Virus record (IMG/VR): IMGVR_UViG_3300020044_008704
Span: 1-39,983 of that record
Length of the DNA: 39,983 nucleotides
Source of the DNA: a virus
Taxonomy: Duplodnaviria; Caudoviricetes
Strand: one strand, 5' to 3'
Part shown: positions 35,780 to 39,983 of the stretch, piece by piece
How the letters are laid out: every line of letters starts with the position of its first letter
How positions within the stretch are numbered: position 1 is the stretch's first letter
The notes under the pieces: model-generated
What the model was told of the DNA's origin: nothing
Seen by the model: the letters and a program-made list of their open reading frames with translations, nothing else
Database searches by the model: none
Program-made: the position numbers and the translations under genes

Positions 35780-36270
35780 ATTATCTCTTCAATTCCCTTT
35801 TTCTTAACTGTGTTAGTCACATCTATAAGCTTCTGGACATTATCGCTCATCATATCGCTTGCGTTTTGATAGAAGTTAATTTGTGTGTTGTTTACTTCTT
35901 TATCAGCAAATAATGATAGATGTTTTGCAAGTGCTTCATTATTCTTAAATGCTAATTGTCCATCAATCATTTCTTCTTCGTGAAATACTTCACCACCAAT
36001 TTGTTTTGCTTTAATTACTTTCTTTTTTCCGAATTCTAACATTTCTTTAAAATTGCCCAGAACATATTCAGTATTTATACCTAACTTTTGGGCCGCTGAT
36101 TCTACAGCCGCTTTAATACTAGGCTTTCCTAAGTTTTCAACTGCCATAACACTAGCTACTTTATCACTAACTCCATAAGCCTTCCTAGCGGCTTGCGTGC
36201 CGTTTCCAGTCTTAATATATTCAGCGGTGAATCTCTTTTGTTTTAGTGTTAAGCCTTTTTTACCTTTCAT
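35776..36270 (-). CDS. terS: terminase small subunit
   Basis: LTLKQKRFTAEYIKTGNGTQAARKAYG...AVENLGKPSI, LAKHLSLF. Confidence 0.92.
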   Translation of the reverse strand: MKGKKGLTLKQKRFTAEYIKTGNGTQAARKAYGVSDKVASVMAVENLGKPSIKAAVESAAQKLGINTEYVLGNFKEMLEFGKKKVIKAKQIGGEVFHEEEMIDGQLAFKNNEALAKHLSLFADKEVNNTQINFYQNASDMMSDNVQKLIDVTNTVKKKGIEEII

Positions 36271-36538
36271 TTAGATGCTTAGGTATAAATTGTTGATAAC
36301 GCTTACAGCTTTCCCATTTATGAAGGTTGGCATTATACACATATCTAGTTGGATAAAATGAATCCCCATTCGATAGTCTAACTATATCTGTATGAGTCGA
36401 ACATCCATTAGCATAGTGTGTTGTTTCTCCGTCGCAATTAGCTTTAAATACCTTACCTTCTTTCAGGTCAATAATCCAATCTTGTTTTAGCGGTTTATTT
36501 GTCATAAAGATGATTCTCAATATTAACTTCTTGGTCAA
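36260..36538 (-). CDS. hypothetical protein
   Basis: Overlapping co-directional ORF. Confidence 0.65.
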   Translation of the reverse strand: MTKKLILRIIFMTNKPLKQDWIIDLKEGKVFKANCDGETTHYANGCSTHTDIVRLSNGDSFYPTRYVYNANLHKWESCKRYQQFIPKHLNER

Positions 36539-36837
36539 GCCCTATTATGCTGATAATGCCCGATAACTATTCCTTTTTTAAATCCGTATCGCTCTGAGCC
36601 AGCAACTAATCCGCTTTTAAATACGCAGCGATTAATTTCTATTTTAGCGTATTTATTATCTTCAATAATCAGAGTATCGTTAAAGACTTCATCTGTAATC
36701 ACGATGCTAATTCTCATATCGCAAAAATGATAATATATCCTCTTCCACCAAGAGCAGTTTTTTATTAAGTCTGCTCTTTGTTTTAGAGCTGGGTTAATAT
36801 CTTCTATTTTGCTTTCTTTGTTGTTTATTAGTATCAT
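36535..36837 (-). CDS. hypothetical protein
   Basis: Overlapping co-directional ORF. Confidence 0.65.
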   Translation of the reverse strand: MILINNKESKIEDINPALKQRADLIKNCSWWKRIYYHFCDMRISIVITDEVFNDTLIIEDNKYAKIEINRCVFKSGLVAGSERYGFKKGIVIGHYQHNRA

Positions 36838-37202
36838 AACTTAAAACTATTAACTCTTACTTTCAAAACTGGTAGCTCTGTTTCGCCAATATCAAACTCA
36901 TCCACAATACTTGATTTTATAGAAATAGCATTGTCTTGCCCTAAAGTGTAAGTTGTGCTTGGTAGTTTTTCGCACGATGCAACAATCTCATATTCTCTTT
37001 CCATTTCTTCCTCCAAGATTTCTGTTAGTTTTTCTTTGCTTATTTTTAAGCCAGTTCTTTTAACGAACTCTTTGTAAAGATAATCTCCCCTTTCTTCTTC
37101 TGTTATCTTTGGAGCAAATTCTATAAATGCACACATTACGCCAAAATCTCTGGCTATTTCTTGCGATGTTATTGATTTGTCCGCGTCGTTTATTTTAATC
37201 AT
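36834..37202 (-). CDS. hypothetical protein
   Basis: GAGG RBS; overlaps its neighbours. Confidence 0.7.
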   Translation of the reverse strand: MIKINDADKSITSQEIARDFGVMCAFIEFAPKITEEERGDYLYKEFVKRTGLKISKEKLTEILEEEMEREYEIVASCEKLPSTTYTLGQDNAISIKSSIVDEFDIGETELPVLKVRVNSFKL

Positions 37203-37395
37203 TTAAAACCTCTTCCACTTTATTTATTGTTGTAAAATTAGGCAATCTTGAGCCATTTAAGGCATTATGTATTGTTGCCCTTGTTACATTAGCAAGTTTT
37301 GCAATTTGGGAGATTGATTTTTTAGATTTCTTAATCTTATAGTCCCAATTTGATACAATATTTAATCTGAGTTTTAAGCTTTGTTGACTTTTCAT
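37195..37395 (-). CDS. XRE/Cro-like HTH regulator
   Basis: SISQIAKLANVTRATIHNALNGSRLPNFTTINKVEEVL. Confidence 0.85.
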   Translation of the reverse strand: MKSQQSLKLRLNIVSNWDYKIKKSKKSISQIAKLANVTRATIHNALNGSRLPNFTTINKVEEVLND

Positions 37396-37402
37396 TGTTT
37401 AA

Positions 37403-37431
37403 AGTCTACGCACATTATTATACAATGTCAA
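37403..37431 (-). promoter_or_regulatory. sigma70 promoter, leftward (likely leaderless transcript)
   Basis: TTGACA (37431-37426), N17, TAGACT (37408-37403); the ATG lies 7 nt further on. Confidence 0.65.
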
Positions 37432-37495
37432 CAACTTATTTTTATGCATTTAAAATATATTTATTAACTTAATTAAATAATTGTATAATTTTTCG

Positions 37496-37524
37496 TTGAC
37501 ATAATAAAAGTTTTATTAGATACT
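37496..37524 (+). promoter_or_regulatory. sigma70 promoter, rightward, with palindromic spacer (operator candidate)
   Basis: TTGACA-TAATAAAAGTTTTATTA-GATACT. Confidence 0.72.
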
Positions 37525-37579
37525 AACTCAACATCAAATAAATTGATGAGAAATTTAATAACAAAAAAAAGGAAAATTT

Positions 37580-37753
37580 ATGAAAAAATTTAATAAACAA
37601 TTCAAAGTCGGAACTAAAGTAATACTAGATCACGATTCTAAAAACTTTGCTGAAATTAAAGAAATCCACGAAACTAGAAATTGGATCAAAGTCAAAGAAT
37701 GGGAAGGCTCTTTTCAAAGAGGACACGTAGTAAAATTTACAAATAAAAAATAA
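37580..37753 (+). CDS. hypothetical protein (57 aa)
   Basis: Hand-translated MKKFNKQFKVGTKV...; AAGGA RBS. Confidence 0.65.
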   Translation: MKKFNKQFKVGTKVILDHDSKNFAEIKEIHETRNWIKVKEWEGSFQRGHVVKFTNKK

Positions 37754-37772
37754 CAAATTTGGAGAAAGAATT

Positions 37773-38057
37773 ATGACAATACAAATTTATAATTTTTGGG
37801 GCAAAGAAATTCCTTTAAAATGTTTTAGAATGGAAGCAAGGGCAAGTCGTTTTTCAATTAACGAAACTAACCAAAATCTTTGGATCCCAAATAAACATTT
37901 AGATGACAATGGGTTGATAAAAGCGGGGCAGAATATTGATTATGTTATCGTCTCTTCTCATAATCAAATTAGATGTTCGGGTTTATTTCCTGAATTTTTT
38001 GAGGAAAGAATGGAGAGAAAACCTTTAAAAGAATTATCAACTTTAACTAGAAACTAA
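37773..38057 (+). CDS. hypothetical protein
   Basis: GGAG RBS; 94 aa. Confidence 0.7.
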   Translation: MTIQIYNFWGKEIPLKCFRMEARASRFSINETNQNLWIPNKHLDDNGLIKAGQNIDYVIVSSHNQIRCSGLFPEFFEERMERKPLKELSTLTRN

Positions 38058-38145
38058 TATGCAAGACATTAATCAAATCGAACTATGTGACTTACTAGAC
38101 TCTTACTTTGATTTTGGGGAAGAGGAATAACAAAAAAATAAAACT

Positions 38146-38403
38146 ATGAAATTTTTTACTATCAGAGACGAAAAATCACTAATAATCCTAAAATCTTGGT
38201 TAAAGGAACATCGCTATAATTCCTATGCGTTAAGCGGAAAAGATAAAAACGGTAATGGAATGATTACAATTAGATGGGATAGAAACCCAGATAGTGACTG
38301 GGGAAAGCCTGAAAAAGCAACTGGAATTATCTTGATTCCGCCAAGTCTTGAAGAGCTTAGTGATAAAGTTGAAGAAGTAGTTACAAAAGGATTTAGTAAG
38401 TAA
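38146..38403 (+). CDS. hypothetical protein
   Basis: 85-aa ORF. Confidence 0.7.
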   Translation: MKFFTIRDEKSLIILKSWLKEHRYNSYALSGKDKNGNGMITIRWDRNPDSDWGKPEKATGIILIPPSLEELSDKVEEVVTKGFSK

Positions 38404-38612
38404 TAAAGAATAACCCTCTCCACAGGGTTTAAGTTACCAATTTTATTAACCAAATTTTAAATTATATGACAATGAAAGAACTAGAATTTTTCAATAGAGC
38501 CTTTGACAAAGTCAATAAAGACCCAATCCACAACATCCAAAGTAAAATATGTTGGACATGTTTCGGCATTGTTTTTGCTATGCTTATGTTAATAAATATT
38601 AGTTATTAAAAT

Positions 38613-38879
38613 ATGAAAATTAAACAATCATATATAAACAAGTGTATAATCCGCTATACAGTCATCACAACTCTTTTTGGTCAAGGAACAATCACTGTTG
38701 TTGAGGGTTCTGAGGTTAAAGTTGGTGATTTTGTAAGAGGAATCAAAGTTAAAGATGCTATTTGCGACAGTATCGTTAAGAGAATCTTAAAAACTGAAAT
38801 ATATAATTGCCAATTAGTCGAATGTCTCATTGATCCGACAGAAGAATTGGATTTAGTTAAAGAACTTATCAATCAATAA
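38613..38879 (+). CDS. hypothetical protein
   Basis: 88-aa ORF. Confidence 0.65.
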   Translation: MKIKQSYINKCIIRYTVITTLFGQGTITVVEGSEVKVGDFVRGIKVKDAICDSIVKRILKTEIYNCQLVECLIDPTEELDLVKELINQ

Positions 38880-38886
38880 TAAAAAT

Positions 38887-39285
38887 ATGAAAATAAAGAA
38901 CTTAGAAACCTCAGCATTACTAGACAATACTATAGATTATTATCGCAGAAATAACCTTAATTTTCAACCAAATAATAAGAAAAAAGAGTTTTTGGCTATT
39001 GAATTTGAAGGTGAAATTATTGGCTTTATAGGTTATAATTATAAAAAATGGGCTGAAATAATCCAGCTTGATATATTTTTATTGCCCCAATTTATTGGTA
39101 GGAAGTTTAGCTTTGAAGCTTTAACTCTAGCAGAAGAGTTTTTAAAAGCTAAATATCCCAATCTGATTGCTTTTACTGCTGAGGTTGTAAGTCCAGCATC
39201 GGTAGCGTTATTTACCAAAGCTGGTTATCTCAATGATCCTGCGGATTGGTACGAGACTAACGAGTATTACAAATTAATTAAATAA
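38887..39285 (+). CDS. GNAT-family acetyltransferase
   Basis: EGEIIGFIGY, IFLLPQFIGRKFSFEAL, ASVALFTKAGY. Confidence 0.8.
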   Translation: MKIKNLETSALLDNTIDYYRRNNLNFQPNNKKKEFLAIEFEGEIIGFIGYNYKKWAEIIQLDIFLLPQFIGRKFSFEALTLAEEFLKAKYPNLIAFTAEVVSPASVALFTKAGYLNDPADWYETNEYYKLIK

Positions 39286-39306
39286 TCCCCTAACTTAACT
39301 ATATTT

Positions 39307-39459
39307 ATGATAAAAATTATATTTATTATTGCTTTATTAGCAAGTTCAAATGCTTATGCAAACTGTGGATTTAAGCCATTTGATTCCTTTGGATGCACTA
39401 AAGTTTGTATTTGTGATGATTATGGCTTTAATTGCAGGTGGGTAAATATCTGCAATTAA
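39307..39459 (+). CDS. secreted cysteine-rich peptide (50 aa)
   Basis: Hand-translated MIKIIFIIALLASSNAYA|NCGFKPFDSFGCTKVCICDDYGFNCRWVNICN. Confidence 0.7.
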   Translation: MIKIIFIIALLASSNAYANCGFKPFDSFGCTKVCICDDYGFNCRWVNICN

Positions 39460-39494
39460 AGACGCAAAACAATATTACAAATTAATCAAATAAG

Positions 39495-39707
39495 CTATTT
39501 AAGCTCACCACGCTTTTTCTTATATTCTTCCTTCCTCTTCGTCATTTTCTTCTCTTCAATCTGAATTTTCCTGCCCGATAGTTCCCGCTGTTGTTGTAAG
39601 AATCTCTTATTACAATCATCACAGATCATTTGAACTTGTGCGGGTTGGTTGCTAGAGTGGATTAATGCTCTGCATTGTATGCAGTGATAGTTAAATCTGT
39701 TTTTCAT
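39495..39707 (-). CDS. zinc-ribbon protein
   Basis: CIQC...CDDC and a basic tail. Confidence 0.65.
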   Translation of the reverse strand: MKNRFNYHCIQCRALIHSSNQPAQVQMICDDCNKRFLQQQRELSGRKIQIEEKKMTKRKEEYKKKRGELK

Positions 39708-39931
39708 TATTTCTTATTTAAAATTACCGCATCAAGCAGTTCCAATATTATATTCAAAGCCATTCGATAATCAAGAATCAAATCCTCAATTTCTTCTCTT
39801 GCGAGCAATATTTTTTTGCTCGTGTAGTCTTCGTAGAGTTTTTCAACTTCTTTCTTTATTTCTATTATTTGTTGTTTTGGTGTCATAATCTTTGTTGTTA
39901 AAATAAATTTAAAGGGGTCAAACTTAATCAA
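39707..39931 (-). CDS. hypothetical protein
   Basis: Continues the leftward replication block across the circular junction. Confidence 0.6.
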   Translation of the reverse strand: MIKFDPFKFILTTKIMTPKQQIIEIKKEVEKLYEDYTSKKILLAREEIEDLILDYRMALNIILELLDAVILNKK

Positions 39932-39983
39932 TTTCGATAGGTTTGGATGGTTTTTAATATAGATACCTTAAATACTGTTCTAA
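39863..39983. repeat. 121-bp terminal direct repeat, right copy
   Basis: Identical to 1-121. Confidence 0.95.

Overview
This window is an apparently complete, circular ~39.86 kb AT-rich tailed-phage genome. Bases 1-121 are repeated exactly at 39863-39983, which is most likely an assembly overlap. The virion looks podovirus-like: P22-type adaptor, nozzle and three ejection proteins, with no tape measure or sheath. There are four transcription blocks. (1) A leftward replication block: HTH, metallophosphoesterase, initiator with internal iterons, and DnaB. (2) A rightward early/recombination block: ERF, NinB-like, Ref/HNH-like, SSB and VRR-NUC. It ends in a ~1.1 kb structured non-coding cassette holding one canonical tRNA-Gly(UCC) and three aberrant tRNA-like elements. 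(3) A long leftward late block: TerS, TerL, portal, GroES, scaffold, capsid, beta-helix protein, an Asp/Asn-hydroxylase-like 2OG oxygenase plus GNAT pair, ejection proteins, fibre, tail and lysis genes. (4) A short rightward accessory block of small ORFs, a GNAT and a secreted 6-Cys peptide, behind a promoter with a palindromic spacer. I recognised no integrase, DNA/RNA polymerase, reverse transcriptase or CRISPR array. The best novelty candidates are the tRNA-mimic RNA cassette (12090-13158), the hydroxylase/GNAT pair in the virion operon, and the accessory block. All product calls come from motif recognition and gene order, not database searches.
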